Positions 1 to 13,767 are shown, numbered from the whole stretch's first letter. The stretch: DNA of 63,982 nucleotides, filler included, from Asterionella formosa (GCA_002256025.1; 5 parts of 5 records of this genome joined end to end with filler, not necessarily neighbours in it), one strand, 5' to 3'. Made by a program: numbers and translations. The notes: a model not told the origin generated them from the sequence alone.

Positions 1-14
1 AAGACGATGGCCGG

Positions 15-1160
15 ATGGTTGCACTTCCGCCGATGGGGCCTCCCCAGGCAATTCCACCCCTTCAAGCTGAAGGAGCGTATGGATCTGGTTCCTACCACCA
101 TGATCCAAGGCCATCAGTCCCATTGACTGCACTCAACGATGCTCACTCACTTGGAGGACTTAATTTACCTGGTGCATCTATTTTGAGTCAAGCAGATCCT
201 TTTGAAAGCCGCAGATCGATGACATGGAAGCCCATTTCAATGTCTTCCAGTACACTGATCATGACAACTGACGAACGAGGACAATACAGGTGCTGCCATC
301 TTTCGCTGAAACATGGTGCGATACAACCTTCAATCATGACCTCACATGGAGGCTTTGCATCAGGATCTAGTGCTCCATTAGACATTGTCAGTCCGGTTCA
401 GGGGAATTGCCAGGTATCATCAGGAATCCACCGTACTAAAATGATCAAATGCTGTACTGATTTATTTCTTCGTAAGGTTTCCGATGTCGATCCATTGACC
501 ATGATGCAGCTGCAGCTTCTTGGGAGCTCGGTCGCAAACGCGAGTGACAGTGATGCGCTGCATAGTTCATGGTCCGGTGAAGTGCCGGCTCCCCTCAATT
601 TGTTGAAATCCATTAACAGTCAACACGAAAATGAAAGTTTACTGTCAAGGCCAGATATGGTGAAACGAATGACTTCCAATCAAAACGAGGACGAAACAAG
701 TAAGCTTGGTTTTGCTTCGGGCTCAGTCAAGCGAGCAGCACTTAACCGCGATGCAAGTGCACGTTCAAATGCATTGAAAGCCCAATATAATAATGATGCG
801 CCACGTCCTGGTATTCTCGAGAAGGGACAGGTTTCTACTGAAGCAATTGATTTTCTTAGGGACTCTCTGCAGCAATCTAGGCTCAACATCGACGAACACA
901 CAAGGCCATTGACAATCGATGATAGGACTGACACAGATTCTGTGGCTCTTTCGGCTCTCACAGGTAAACCAGCCAGTTTAAGTTCAATCGATAGAAGAAC
1001 GACAATCGAAGCCATTGAGTATGATTTGGGTTTCGACATGGATTTTAATCACAATGATGATGACAACGCAGTATGGCCTTATCGACCATCAGCCTTATCA
1101 GGAGAGGACCGCATGAGCACGGCAGAATGTTTTCTTAAAGACTTTTGTTCGCTACATTGA
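15..1160 (+). CDS. 3' part of a low-complexity diatom-type protein of unknown function (5' end probably outside the window)
   Basis: Long ORF rich in Pro and Ser. The C-terminal block RPDMVKRMTSNQNE...SVKRAALNRDASARSNALK resembles a motif I recall from diatom regulatory-like proteins. Possible in-frame intron 414..476 (GTATCA...ACTGAT...TAAG). Confidence 0.6.
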   Translation: MVALPPMGPPQAIPPLQAEGAYGSGSYHHDPRPSVPLTALNDAHSLGGLNLPGASILSQADPFESRRSMTWKPISMSSSTLIMTTDERGQYRCCHLSLKHGAIQPSIMTSHGGFASGSSAPLDIVSPVQGNCQVSSGIHRTKMIKCCTDLFLRKVSDVDPLTMMQLQLLGSSVANASDSDALHSSWSGEVPAPLNLLKSINSQHENESLLSRPDMVKRMTSNQNEDETSKLGFASGSVKRAALNRDASARSNALKAQYNNDAPRPGILEKGQVSTEAIDFLRDSLQQSRLNIDEHTRPLTIDDRTDTDSVALSALTGKPASLSSIDRRTTIEAIEYDLGFDMDFNHNDDDNAVWPYRPSALSGEDRMSTAECFLKDFCSLH

Positions 1161-3244
1161 GAAGAACGCTTCCGAATTGGAACTGATGAAGTAGATTGCA
1201 TGTATGTTTACCCATGCATAATTTTCCCTTTCTTTCGGTAAAGAACAAGTTAAGAAGAAGCAAGTGAAAGAAATCACAAGTGTAGACCGGTTTTATAGTT
1301 GCCAATTATAATTAAATACATTTACAGACTTGCCTGCAAGGAATCCAAATTTTAGACATTTTGTAGGTGTGCACTAACATGAAATAAATAAAGCAATTAT
1401 CTTTGGAGTTGAAAATCGTCATGTCTCCAAAATTAGAGATTAAACCATAGCTGTCCCCCCGTTTGGGGGATCACGTCCATCGAACATGGCTCCCCAAGGC
1501 GGCAGTTGTAACATGTGATACACTAGGAAGGAAAAGTGAAGAGATAGTAGTACATCAGAGTAAGATCCAGAAGACGGTTTTCTATTGGAAATTTTTAGCT
1601 AATTTTCTTAGGTAGTACCCCTGGTACCGGACCTTCCACAATACCAAAAGTCAATCTGCACAGATGTTCATAGGAACCAAATAAACTTGATGATCTACCT
1701 GTCAGCAGCTATGCTTGTGCTCTGGATAAGTGTGGCATGTGGCAACATCGTTGTTCCACTATTCACATCCGCATGTCACATGGTCTGTCTTCAAATAGAT
1801 CAGCAATAGCTATGGCAATGTGGCAATGCATTATATTTCTCCACTTGTGTAACTTCGTACAACGGACTACCGGTATTATACTCCAAATTGTCAAGTACAT
1901 GGAACTTCAATCTCCTTTAAGTTGTGTAGGTATACATAGCAAGTATATACCGGTACAAGTCAAACGTTATACCGGTATAGCAGCGGCTTGTTTTGAGTAC
2001 ATAGCATTGATAAAATTGGCATTAAAAATTATAATATCTGGGTGGACAATACTCGCCTGGCAACTACACAGTACATGATAGCATGCTTGTTGTTGTCCGA
2101 TACATAGATGAACTCCTTTTTTGTCGGATGACATGTCACAGGATCTCAGAGATATCGAAGTGTGAAGGCACAACGGCTCGCAATGCAGGAATGGCAGAGG
2201 GAAATTCAATTTGAACTTCTTATTCCTTCATACAACAGGTTATAAAGGAGCCGTTGCTTCAATCCATTGAAAAACAATGTACTACGGCATTCTTGGAACA
2301 ACTGCGAATGACAATTTTAGCTATCAGTGTACTTTAATGTAAGTTGCGACATGATGCATGATGTGCATCAACACCCAAACTCCGCCCCGTCGGAACGGAG
2401 GCACTTTCATCGTATCACTTATGATCATCATGCCGCTACATACACACAAGTCTACCGGTACTCGGAGTATGATAGTATAGAGATATACCGTATCATGCTT
2501 GGTTTATATTATGAATCTGATATCCTGTAAATATAGGTATATGAAAAATTACATAATGATTTCTCATCTGCGTTGCAGACAGGACAGCGGCATGTTCCCA
2601 GTCCAAGCTATAGTAGGTACCAGGGTGGTACCCGGTACCATGGTATTGTCATCCATTACCTGTCTCGCCAATTTTCTCCCCATGATAATATATCCTTTGC
2701 TTATTCCGTATGAGCAGACTCGAAGGAAACGTTTCCTATGACATCCACGACAAAATGATTTATAGGTTCCAATCCTGCATAGAGGCCTATCACCAGACCA
2801 AGGTAGGTAGCACTGCCTGATGACTCAGCCTGTGGTACCAGTTAGGAGGGCCACGTCAGAAGTTGAACAAGGTTTGTCACGTCAGCGTCATTACGAATCA
2901 TGATTTGACTTCTTTTCAGTTTCCCGAGACGATGAACACATGAATTACGATGAAGCATGGTCGAACCCATGGCCTAAATCAAAGAAATAATTACGGAAAT
3001 GTAGCGGAGACAGATCAGCATAAGAGTGCATGGAAAGATGACTTTTCGACCAACACCGATCCTGGGGTTCTGATAAATATGAAATAAGAAAGGTACGCAC
3101 GGTTGTTCAAGAAGGCTGCATGCTTGTTGATTCTTCCTTTACATCTGAATACCTGAGACTGTTTATCAGATCCCCCCGCCTTCTTTCTCAAACGTTCCCT
3201 TTCAACTCACAAAAATTCTGGTGTGACCGGTACTAACGTTCACA

Positions 3245-4156
3245 ATGATGACTCCTAGAACTCCATCGCATGTCGTCAATCCGAAGCGAGCTGCTGTCGC
3301 TAAGAACAACCTTCCAATGGGAGAATTCGACGTGCATTGCGGTAAGGGCCGTTCCAATTTCGGCCACATGGGCAACAAACGCTTCCAGGCAATCATCGCT
3401 CTGAACGTCCCCAGGTACAGACGAGCGGGAAAGAAACGCGGCATCAAGTCCGATATTGTCAAGGCAGTCTTGAAGGACGTTCGAACCTTGGGCAGCCGCT
3501 TCTTCCAGAAGAAAGGGGAGGACTGGATTCAGGTCGTCGAAGACAGAATTATGTTCGACAAGATCGGCCATGCACTACGCGACAGTTGCTCCAATGATAC
3601 CTTTGTTCGAGCAGAAGGCTTCATGAACCTCAACGGTTTCGAGTACGACAACGAAGATGACATTGCTGTCACAATTGCCACTGTAGCTGTTGCTGTGGGC
3701 GACCACGGTGATGTTGACGAGGACGAAGTCTACATTCCGCTTTTGGTTCTTGATGACCCTGCCCTTTTGTTAAAAGTCCTCCCAGTAGTGCTAGACGATC
3801 CATCCGTTCTGATGGATGTGCTACCAGCGGTTCTGAGTGATCCGTCCATTTTGTTAGAAGTGCTCCCAGCGACGTCACGTGCAAGGCGCCAATCTTGGAG
3901 GGAAGCATCGCCTTCGGAACCGTATCCTTTTGCCGCGCTATATGTCCCTGCATTGCTTCATCCTGTGTTTCCTGTCGCTACAGTCCTGGCTGAACCTCTC
4001 AGGAGCCCAATGGTTCTGGTCTTTTGTGATGTCGATGAACAAGAACGGAAAGCATCTAGAATGCAAGCAGAGAATAGCTCATATGGCCATCTAGAGTACC
4101 TCTTTCAACCGGGCCATGAAGGAGAACTTGATGCTTTGCTCAACGATCTACGTTAG
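3245..4156 (+). CDS. DUF6824-domain protein (diatom-expanded family)
   Basis: N-terminal FDVHCGKGRSNFGHMGNKRF...RY...K..IV..V...GSRF....W......KIGHALRD matches the DUF6824 pattern (DVLxGRG..HxGNxxF...KVxxALRD). It is followed by an acidic region and three VL(D/S)DP repeats. Confidence 0.8.
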   Translation: MMTPRTPSHVVNPKRAAVAKNNLPMGEFDVHCGKGRSNFGHMGNKRFQAIIALNVPRYRRAGKKRGIKSDIVKAVLKDVRTLGSRFFQKKGEDWIQVVEDRIMFDKIGHALRDSCSNDTFVRAEGFMNLNGFEYDNEDDIAVTIATVAVAVGDHGDVDEDEVYIPLLVLDDPALLLKVLPVVLDDPSVLMDVLPAVLSDPSILLEVLPATSRARRQSWREASPSEPYPFAALYVPALLHPVFPVATVLAEPLRSPMVLVFCDVDEQERKASRMQAENSSYGHLEYLFQPGHEGELDALLNDLR

Positions 4157-5151
4157 GTCCAAGGAAACAATACTACNNNNNNNNNNNNNNNNNNNNNNNN
4201 NNNNNNNNNNNNNNNNNNNNNNNNNNNNNNNNNNNNNNNNNNNNNNNNNNNNNNNNNNNNNNNNNNNNNNNNNNNNNNNNNNNNNNNNNNNNNNNNNNNN
4301 NNNNNNNNNNNNNNNNNNNNNNNNNNNNNNNNNNNNNNNNNNNNNNNNNNNNNNNNNNNNNNNNNNNNNNNNNNNNNNNNNNNNNNNNNNNNNNNNNNNN
4401 NNNNNNNNNNNNNNNNNNNNNNNNNNNNNNNNNNNNNNNNNNNNNNNNNNNNNNNNNNNNNNNNNNNNNNNNNNNNNNNNNNNNNNNNNNNNNNNNNNNN
4501 NNNNNNNNNNNNNNNNNNNNNNNNNNNNNNNNNNNNNNNNNNNNNNNNNNNNNNNNNNNNNNNNNNNNNNNNNNNNNNNNNNNNNNNNNNNNNNNNNNNN
4601 NNNNNNNNNNNNNNNNNNNNNNNNNNNNNNNNNNNNNNNNNNNNNNNNNNNNNNNNNNNNNNNNNNNNNNNNNNNNNNNNNNNNNNNNNNNNNNNNNNNN
4701 NNNNNNNNNNNNNNNNNNNNNNNNNNNNNNNNNNNNNNNNNNNNNNNNNNNNNNNNNNNNNNNNNNNNNNNNNNNNNNNNNNNNNNNNNNNNNNNNNNNN
4801 NNNNNNNNNNNNNNNNNNNNNNNNNNNNNNNNNNNNNNNNNNNNNNNNNNNNNNNNNNNNNNNNNNNNNNNNNNNNNNNNNNNNNNNNNNNNNNNNNNNN
4901 NNNNNNNNNNNNNNNNNNNNNNNNNNNNNNNNNNNNNNNNNNNNNNNNNNNNNNNNNNNNNNNNNNNNNNNNNNNNNNNNNNNNNNNNNNNNNNNNNNNN
5001 NNNNNNNNNNNNNNNNNNNNNNNNNNNNNNNNNNNNNNNNNNNNNNNNNNNNNNNNNNNNNNNNNNNNNNNNNNNNNNNNNNNNNNNNNNNNNNNNNNNN
5101 NNNNNNNNNNNNNNNNNNNNNNNNNNNNNNNNNNNNNNNNNNNNNNNNNNN

Positions 5152-8100
5152 TCTTGAACTCCCAACTCTTCCAACAATTCCACCACCCATGTGCTCTTGC
5201 GAGGGCCTTGGGCAGTCTTGACACGGTAATCTCCTCGCCGGCTCAAAAACACCAATGATTGGTAGCGTCCAACTCGCTTGAACAAACCCTTGCCAGAATT
5301 GATATCCCCTTCCGGCCCTACCAACATACCCTTGAGAGCAATGGGTGGTGTCATATACAAGGTTACCAGTTCTCGTAAATTGTCCCAATGCTGATGGTTG
5401 CTTCCAGCCAACATGGACACGGATCGCAGGGCTTCCACGTCACGAGACAAAATGACGGCTCCCACAGTCGTAACATTGTAATGCTGAAGCAGGCGAGGCA
5501 CAAAGATATCGTAGAGTCGCATAGACAAAGCAGTCCAAAAGGCTGACAGTGACTGTGGCGTCAAGGCCGCTTGGATATTGACAAATTGTGATCTCAAGCA
5601 AAATGTTAGCGACTTGACCGCAGGACTATTGGGGGCTTCCAATGATGAGCCAGGGGCAATTGCATAAGGACCGTTGCCTTGAGTGGAAAAGAAGCGATTT
5701 CCTCCAGTGGCAAACATGGATTCTCCTCCAGCCACAAGGATCCAACGAATATGCTCACTCAACGTTCGGAGAGCTCGACCGATTGTCACTTCACCACGGG
5801 CTTCCAATTCAGCAAAAAAGTGAAAGCGGTTTTTTCGGGCTTGTGCCAAGGAAACATGATCCCCAGTTTCCGTCAACGTTTCCCAGACTCGAGCGCTTCC
5901 TGGACGGTTTTCTGCCCACAATTCACGGTCAAATGATTTGGCCGCCGTGTGAATGTATTCCAGTGCAACCCAGAAAAAGGTGCTGACACCCATGTCGGGT
6001 GCTTGGTCGTTTTCGTCGAACGGGAGTTGAGGAGGGGAGCTTAGAGCTTGTGGAGAAAGACGCTCGCCTAAGGCTTCAATGATGGGATACAAGTAAGCTT
6101 GACCGTAAAAGTTGCACATTTGACTATACAACGAAGAAATTACTCGAGCAGTGGTCTGACCACCCTTTTTCCCTGCCCCAAACATAAGTCGTGCACGGGC
6201 CAGCGAGTCGGTTGCGCAAATGAGAGGTTGACGAAGGACCGAAGACTTGAGCGGTCCACTCAAGAGATCGCATTGAGGACTCAACAAGTATTTCTTGTTG
6301 ATAGCCAACACTGGCGCCACGTAGTCATCAAGAATACCCTGTTCGGCACGAGAGAGATCAATGTAACGGGTGGCTGGCCTATCGAGGACACAACCAATAT
6401 TATCCAACGTCGTGCAGCAGTCATTGTGAAGCAATCGCAGTTCTAGATTGAGGTATGACTTGCGATGGCCACTAGACAGAGCAGTTTCTTGTGATGCGAG
6501 GAACTGCTTCAAGGCTGTCACAGCAGAAACAGTAGTCTCAGCAGGCCCTTCTTCATTCTTCTGCTCATCATGCGTCAACATCTTTTCGGCTGAGTCCTTC
6601 AACAGCATGAATAAGCCAGCGGCCTTTTCATGAATGACGACAAAAGTATCTAATTTCTTGGCCCCGGCTTCAAAATCCCCTCTGCGGTCAATCGAGTCCA
6701 ACAATTCAGAGATTCTCGCTTGCAAGCCGTTTTTCTGATCCGAAATGACACGCTGCAACAAGGCTCTCGCCACCGTCAGAGTCATTTCCTCGTTACTTCC
6801 CGTGGTGTTTTTCGCAGCCGACCCGAAAACGTGGGCAATCAACTCGAATTCGGCCGTGCAGACATCACTAACCCGATGAAACAAGGATGATAGTTCCGAC
6901 CGGGTCGCATCCATATCGAATTCCATGGCATCCCCATCTTCCTCGTCGATAATATTTTTTTTCGGTTGAAAAAGTTCTGGAAATCTTGAGGAAATGACCA
7001 TTTCTACATAGCGCTTGTGCAAATTACGTCCCGAGTCAAATAAAAGCAGGGCGTGGGCCAATTCACGCAATTGTATCCAATCAATCGATCCTCCTCGAGG
7101 ATTGTCAGAAAAGTCATAGATGCCGCCTCTGGAATAAATTTCCGAAAAGGCGTTCAATAATCGTTGTTCTAATGCCAGCGACGTCCGATGAATGAGATTT
7201 GCCGTCAAATCGAATCTTCGTTTGTTGTTTGGATCGGCCCCATACCCTTCACTGGCTGTCGCGGCGGCCGTGGCGGCGTTTCCTCTGGACTTGATGACGG
7301 CTCTCAGCTGCTTGAGAGCCTTGGATGCTTCCAACGACTGCGAAGGCAGTGTAAAGAGTGGATCCATCCGACAAGATGCAACCGGAATGAGCCCCCTGAC
7401 TTCTTCTTGGACTCGCAAGGGTCCTTGATTTTCTTCCTGTTCCGCCAAATTTTCCATCATCCACCATCGTCGAATCAATATGGATGCTGCCTCACAATGT
7501 CCACGCTTGGCTTCAGCAAATTCCAATTGATGTCCGATTTGCAATGCCGCACGTCCATTGGTCCTGAATTGGGATTGAATTTCTTCACAACTAGAAAATG
7601 CAGCTCGTGCAAACATGGCATGAGCTTCCAATCTAATTTGGTATGCATCTTCGGCTTCAGCGGCATCTTCCGTCGCGTCCCGCATAGATGCGTGTGTGGT
7701 TTCCACCAGGGTTTGACACATGTGAGATGCTTGCGACAAGATTTGTGACAATTCTTCTTCCTGTGCATTGTGAGTGAAATAGCAATGTAACATGCGTGTG
7801 AGTGAGTGCAATCGAAGGATAAAGCCGCGACACAATCGATATGCGATGTTGTTCGTAAACAAATAACTTACTTCACTTGTGCCTTCCAATAGCTTTTCCA
7901 GCAATCCAAGCAAGTCCAAATTCATCTGCCTTGGTGAGTACACAAACAATTCCAAGGCCCGTTGCCATCGCGCCAACTTGACTTGCACTCTCTCTCCTTG
8001 TGTCAGCAGCACTTTTTTGTCATCTTCAAGCTCTCTCAAAATAAGCGTTGCATCTCTTTGTAGTTTGTTCAGGTATGCCAACCGAGCCTCCCGCCGAGCG

Positions 8101-8633
8101 ACCCGCTCTTGGTATGCGTCGTCATAGGCAAATGAATATGTCTGCAGCCAGGTGGTGTCATTGAGTAAGCTTGCCTTGATCCTTGCTTGATGCAATCGAA
8201 TGTCTTGCAAGGCAGCCGTGATCAGCGTGGACAAGCTCTCCTCTTCATCAACTTGCTTGAGATAATGCATTTGCGGTTCGGCATCTTGATGGTGTTTCTT
8301 GTAGTCTTCTGGAATGACTTCGTAGACATTGACACTTTCGAGCGTCGCAGATGAGGACGGTACTTGTGTGCTGCTGTCGAGTTGTTGTGAAAGCTGTTGC
8401 TTCAGTGGTCCCTCCTCGCCCTCGTCCTCGTCTTCTGACTCGAAGTAACGTTCTTCTTCTAGTGTACTCACAATACGGCGTGGTCTGACAATGCTGGTAC
8501 TACTACTGTTGCTACCAGCAGCGACAGCAGGCATGTTCGATGGAAGCTGCTGCTGATTTCTCCCTGTGCCCTCTCCTACTGATGGCTTTCGCAAGACATC
8601 ACGCACTGCCGGTCGACCATTCAAGGCTTTCAT
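5152..8633 (-). CDS. SEC10: Exocyst complex component Sec10/EXOC5-like protein; C-terminus runs into the N gap
   Basis: About 1100-aa helical ORF with ALQIGHQLEFAEAKR..EAASILIR and C-terminal HYNVTTVGAVILSRDV...WDNLRELVTLY...FLSRRGDY, typical of Sec10. Probable in-frame intron 7761..7871 (GTAAGT...CAG). Confidence 0.8.
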
Positions 8634-11607
8634 AGCAACAATGTAATGATGGAGAAGGTCTTGTTCGACCGCCGCACTGATTCAATACCAAGAGAGTAGA
8701 TTGATTCTTAGCTGTTCAACAGAGGATAGAATTTTTTATTGAGCTAGTACGGTAGGTAGGAATGATACCTGGTAATAGAATACAGGTACGGTACTGGGAG
8801 TACCCGTAGATTATAGCTCCTAGTTACCGGATGTAATATACTCAGTAGCTTTTTTACTTTCATTTGTATGAGTGAGCAACATAAAATACATATGCACAAA
8901 AACAATGCTGATACCGGTAAAATGCTCGCTACATAATACGCACAAAAATGCTTGCTACTATGTTACTCCACTGTATCATATTGTCATTGGTATCACTTCA
9001 CTTGAATAAGTATCATGCAAAAGCTATGGTCCTCGATTTGAACTGAAAATACTCCATTCTCCACATGAACTTGTACCACTAAAATATATCACAGCCCAGT
9101 GTAACAGAGATTTTCAATGGTGACAGGTCAGCAACAAACATGTCCAGCAGCCAACAAAATGTAACCAGGATTGGCTGAGAGATGAAGTTGAAAATTGCAA
9201 AGTATCAATAAAATATTGTTTCAGACTTTGAGATCTTAGATTTTGTGATGTAGAAACATCAGGTACAAGTAGCTTCATCATGATGAAGTTACAAACAAAT
9301 ATACAAAGTATCATCACCATGATGAGATGACTGATGCTCTACTTTTCCACAGTGCTCTTGACCTTGACGTGAGTTAATGCATGTCATGCAACAAATGTGA
9401 CTATTTTAAAGAAAAAAATCAAAGGAGTTTGTCTAGTATGATTAAATGCAACTATTGTAAATTGACAAAAATCGCCAATCAACAGGTTGAAGGTGCCCAA
9501 CAATGCATCACATGCCATGATCATAAAACAAGCACCACCACAGCAACAACATCTAAGAAAACAAGGAAAAGAACTCCTTCACAAAGCGCCCACTACAGGC
9601 CAACAACCAAAAACCATGCAAGCACCATGATGGCAGTGGTACCTGGAACTGGAAGATCTTGTCACTGCCAACAAGAACCAACCACAGCTAGAATCACATC
9701 TCATAGAAAAATACAATGTTACTAGCATGATGTTACATTACATTAATACTTCAATGGCGATTTGATTGTGTAACATGCATGATAAATAAAAAATACACAA
9801 CCAAGCTAGTAGATTCTTGTCACACTATAATGTTCCTATTTTTGTATACTAGTACTAGGCGAACTTACCCAATGACTGTTGCAATTATTCATGATCTCCA
9901 ATGCATGCAAATAAAAGGTTTTTAAGATCCATACTGGTCTCAAAATTTACCACCATGCATGGTCTTTGAAGAGTCACTAGACAAGCTTTGTCATGTTACT
10001 TCATTTTAGGGGCATCAAGTCAATGTTGACCAAAGCTAGGTAGCAAAGTGGATAATAAAACCTCACCATAGTAGTAAACATTACATCGTCACACACCTCC
10101 GGAATCGTGATCCTTGTACTCCATTTGTCTTGATTGCTTGGTTTCTAACAGATGTAGCTACCCATGTAGTAGTGGCAAATGCAACTCTCAGATGGATTGT
10201 TTGGAGTTGTTATACTTTCTCTTCATTAATTGCATGCAAAGTATCTAGTGAATGGCCTAGTGATCCGTCAGATCGTCAATATGCCCCAAAACATAAAAAA
10301 GTATTTGATCAATATTTCTTATAGTTTGCTATCATTTACCCTGTTTACAAGGTCACCAACACCACCAAAAGCATCACCATTATCAATCAATTGTTTGATT
10401 TAGCATTACTGGTGGTGGTTTTGTCATCATTAATTGTGCTCTAGGGGTATTTCAATGGCCGATTTTTCCAACATAGGCAAGGAGCTAAATATAATACAAT
10501 AGGCATTTGTTGAGAGACTCCTATAAATGTTCGGTGAAACTCGAAGAAGAAGTCTCATTTACAGGATGAACAAACTAAAACAACCCGGAAAATACAAACG
10601 TTTGACATATACAGCGAAGGTTGCATGTGTATTCATCAGTACCGGTATGTATACTGGGTACCTGGTACCTGTTCCGGGTATATGATGGGATATTTGGTCG
10701 AATGATTTTCCGTCCAAATTTTTCTTTTAAATACAGACTGGTACGCACATGATTTTTGGGAACGACAAAGTGTTCCAGCATACTACGACGGGTACGGCAC
10801 TCAAATTTCGCAACCCTATGCTAGCTATGTTACACTACATACTACATAGGGAGAAGCCCTGCTATGGTAGCGTAACAACCAGATGAATCGAAATGGTTTG
10901 ATAACCTGATGTATGAAGGAATGCTGGGGGACAAAATAAGAAAACGTGTTGTCATTCCTGCACAGGCGATTGATTGCGTTCCTATCCTGTGAACCAACAT
11001 GCTGTTTCGTCACTAAGTGACATCTTCGTCGGACATGTGATAAAAATGAATACGGTACTCACAATGAGGTTGATAGCTGATTTGGTACTTGTATAATTTA
11101 AAGTATGGGGTGGTGTAAGCAATTATAGAGTATATCATAAGCAGTAAATGAAAGACCGGTTGTGTCGTTGGTATATACAAAAGCGAGGCAGGGAGCGGGT
11201 TGTTGTTTGTTTGGTCCTGAGAAAAATACTGAAAATAATTGACTTGGATGTTACTTTCACTCAAGTGCTATCTCGTTTGGGCAAAGAAAGTATTTTTGAA
11301 TTTTGTATATAGACCTATTACTTGAATACAGCTAGTCCCACCAGGACCAGCACCAGGCTAAGAATTAGTATAGCCATTCAATCAGTATTACCTATCGTGA
11401 CCGGAAGTAGCACAAGAATAACTGAGTATCAAAGCTGAAAAATATGAATGCTTTGTCCACCCCAACATCACATCAGATACATGTCTTGATAGATAGCTCC
11501 TGCATTGTAGCTATAGTTCCTGCAGCATCCAAATTGTAATGCTGATTCACACATTAACAACATCAATTGTCTTCGATCACGTGCTGCTCACTAGTACGCC
11601 CTTGAGT

Positions 11608-12111
11608 TTACTTTCGATTGTTCAACATCATATCAAGAACCAATTCTTGACCATGTTCGAGAAGGTATTCGTGATGCTGACCATGAAGAAACAGGTCATG
11701 CCTAGACTGAATCACACGATTGTGTTCCGAAAGTGGTTCATCGTTCCATGGTGATTGGCGCCTTAAAGGTGAAATCTCTGGGAGTATGAAATGACGAAGC
11801 ATATCAAATGGATTTTCTGATACTAACAGTGCATCGTAGCTTTCGATCGGAATAATGTCGTCATCATCGTCGTCAGCTGCAATGAAAGGAGCAATGGGTA
11901 CAGCGGAAATGAAGGCAGCATTGTCACTGTAATGATCAAAGTTGTCATACTCAAACCCGTTCAGTACTAAGTCTACGGACACCACTACATGCTGCTCTTG
12001 ATCCCTTTGCTGTTCACCATGCCCCTTTTGGGCTCCAAATCCTCTGCTTCCGCCTCCACTCTCCCACTTCCTCTCACCTCTCTTCAACAGCTTGCCCTTG
12101 CCGATATGTTC
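11608..12111 (-). pseudogene. Truncated paralogue of the DUF6824 gene at 3245..4156
   Basis: Shares LNGFEYDN, RRQS.W..(E/S)P.SE and the C-terminal HEYLLEHGQELVLDMMLNNRK vs HLEYLFQPGHEGELDALLNDLR. The 5' part is replaced by the TIR element starting at 12112. Confidence 0.65.
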
Positions 12112-13728
12112 GTCTGCAAATAAAAATCATCATATTCCCATGATGCATCATAGCATTGTGATCATCTGATCATAATTTTTCGTTGTTATATCATCTAAGG
12201 GCCGTTCTTATCATTCTGTTATTTGTTGTCATTGGTGTATCATCGCCGAAATATGATACAAAAATGGCGGTTTGGTTTTTTTTTGTGTATCACCAACGGT
12301 TTTTTTGGTCTGATCACCGGTGTATCATGGGTGTATCACTGATACAGTTTTTGGACCCCTGACCAATGCTGTATCACTGATCAAGCCGTTGATCACTGTG
12401 TATCACGTCCGTTGCCACTGATAAAATAACTGTAAATACGCAAGCACAACACTATTAAATATTGCGCCAACTATTTTTTGTTATATATATACTACGGTAC
12501 TCTGTATACATTACCTTTCAGCTTCGTGAGTCATACAAGAATCAGTAGTCCGCTCATCTCTATACCAATCTTCCGACATCGACTATATCTCGATTAATTG
12601 GCGCAATGAGCAGCAAAGTAGTGGGTACGGCTGAAACTTCTGATGCTGCCTCTATTCGCATTGATTCGGAAGAGAAGCAATGCGTTGTAGCTGATGAGGA
12701 CGTCGAAGATATTGTTGAGTTGTCTACTGCTGATCCAACNNNNNNNNNNNNNNNNNNNNNNNNNNNNNNNNNNNNNNNNNNNNTTAATTAATTAANNNNN
12801 NNNNNNNNNNNNNNNNNNNNNNNNNNNNNNNNNNNNNNNTCTATTGATGGTAACAAAGATGCGGACAAGTTCAACAGTGAATACAAGAACAACATACCAA
12901 TGAAAACAAGTCGACAGTGTGTGTACGCACACGCCAAGCAGGTTTGAGGCAACAGACAGTTCCAACAAGCATATGACGATACAGATATCAAATATTTCCT
13001 ACGAGAGAACAGCAATGAAGAGAGCCACTTGCTTTCGCTCTCTTGATGGTATCAAAGATACAGACAAGTTCAATAGTTAATACAAGTACAGCATGCCAAA
13101 TGCGGATACGAGCGATATGAAAAAGAAATTGTAATTAGAATCATTCTATAACTATATCTATGTGGATAGTAGCAGTCTGTTACATTTTCGTATCTCCTTC
13201 TATGCTGAATCTTAATAGTAGATGTAGTATCATGTGAGAATTGAAAATGTCAACGAGAACAAGTAGAATGTGTTTGTTTACGGGTTGATTGGCGAGATTG
13301 TAATGCTGGTGGTCGACGAAACGGATTTACAACGTGCGCTGTGTGCGGAACCATTACAAGTTCGAATGATTTCTTCTCTGTAAACTCTTAATTGAATGAT
13401 TATGAACAAAGGTTCACTGCACATGACAATTACTCAAAAATATAATGATCACATGACCAGCAATTGAAGACGTCGTTATCGCAAACAATCCTTCCATTCG
13501 TCATCGCTAGTTTCGAGCCAAATTACATTACTTCAGCTGGTACATTATCCTACCAAGAAATTCGAATACAGGAATCTAATAGAAACAATACATATAAAAA
13601 TTAAATATATGTAGTCTAAATTACAAGGGCATTTATCAAAATTATTAGATGATATAACGAAAAATTATGATCAGATGATAACAATCCAATGATGCATCTT
13701 GGAAATATGATAGTTTTTATTTGCAGAC
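12112..13728. mobile_element. Non-autonomous TIR (MITE-like) DNA element, spanning an assembly gap
   Basis: About 85-bp imperfect terminal inverted repeats: 12112 GTCTGCAAATAAAAATCATCATATTCCCATGATGCATCA... vs the reverse complement ending at 13728. Many subterminal (G)TGTATCA motifs at 12234..12405. No clear TSD. Confidence 0.7.
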
Positions 13729-13767
13729 CATGAACTGGAGTTACCTGATTTGTGGTCAACACAAACA

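Noticed and set aside
4116..5388. Long ORFs crossing the N gap, including the 1486-aa length given for SEC10
   Set aside because: Artefacts of translating Ns.
12784..12795. TTAATTAATTAA palindrome recurring at 12784, 25598, 38411 and 51226
   Set aside because: Always centred in N runs. It is a scaffolding spacer with stops in all six frames, not biology.
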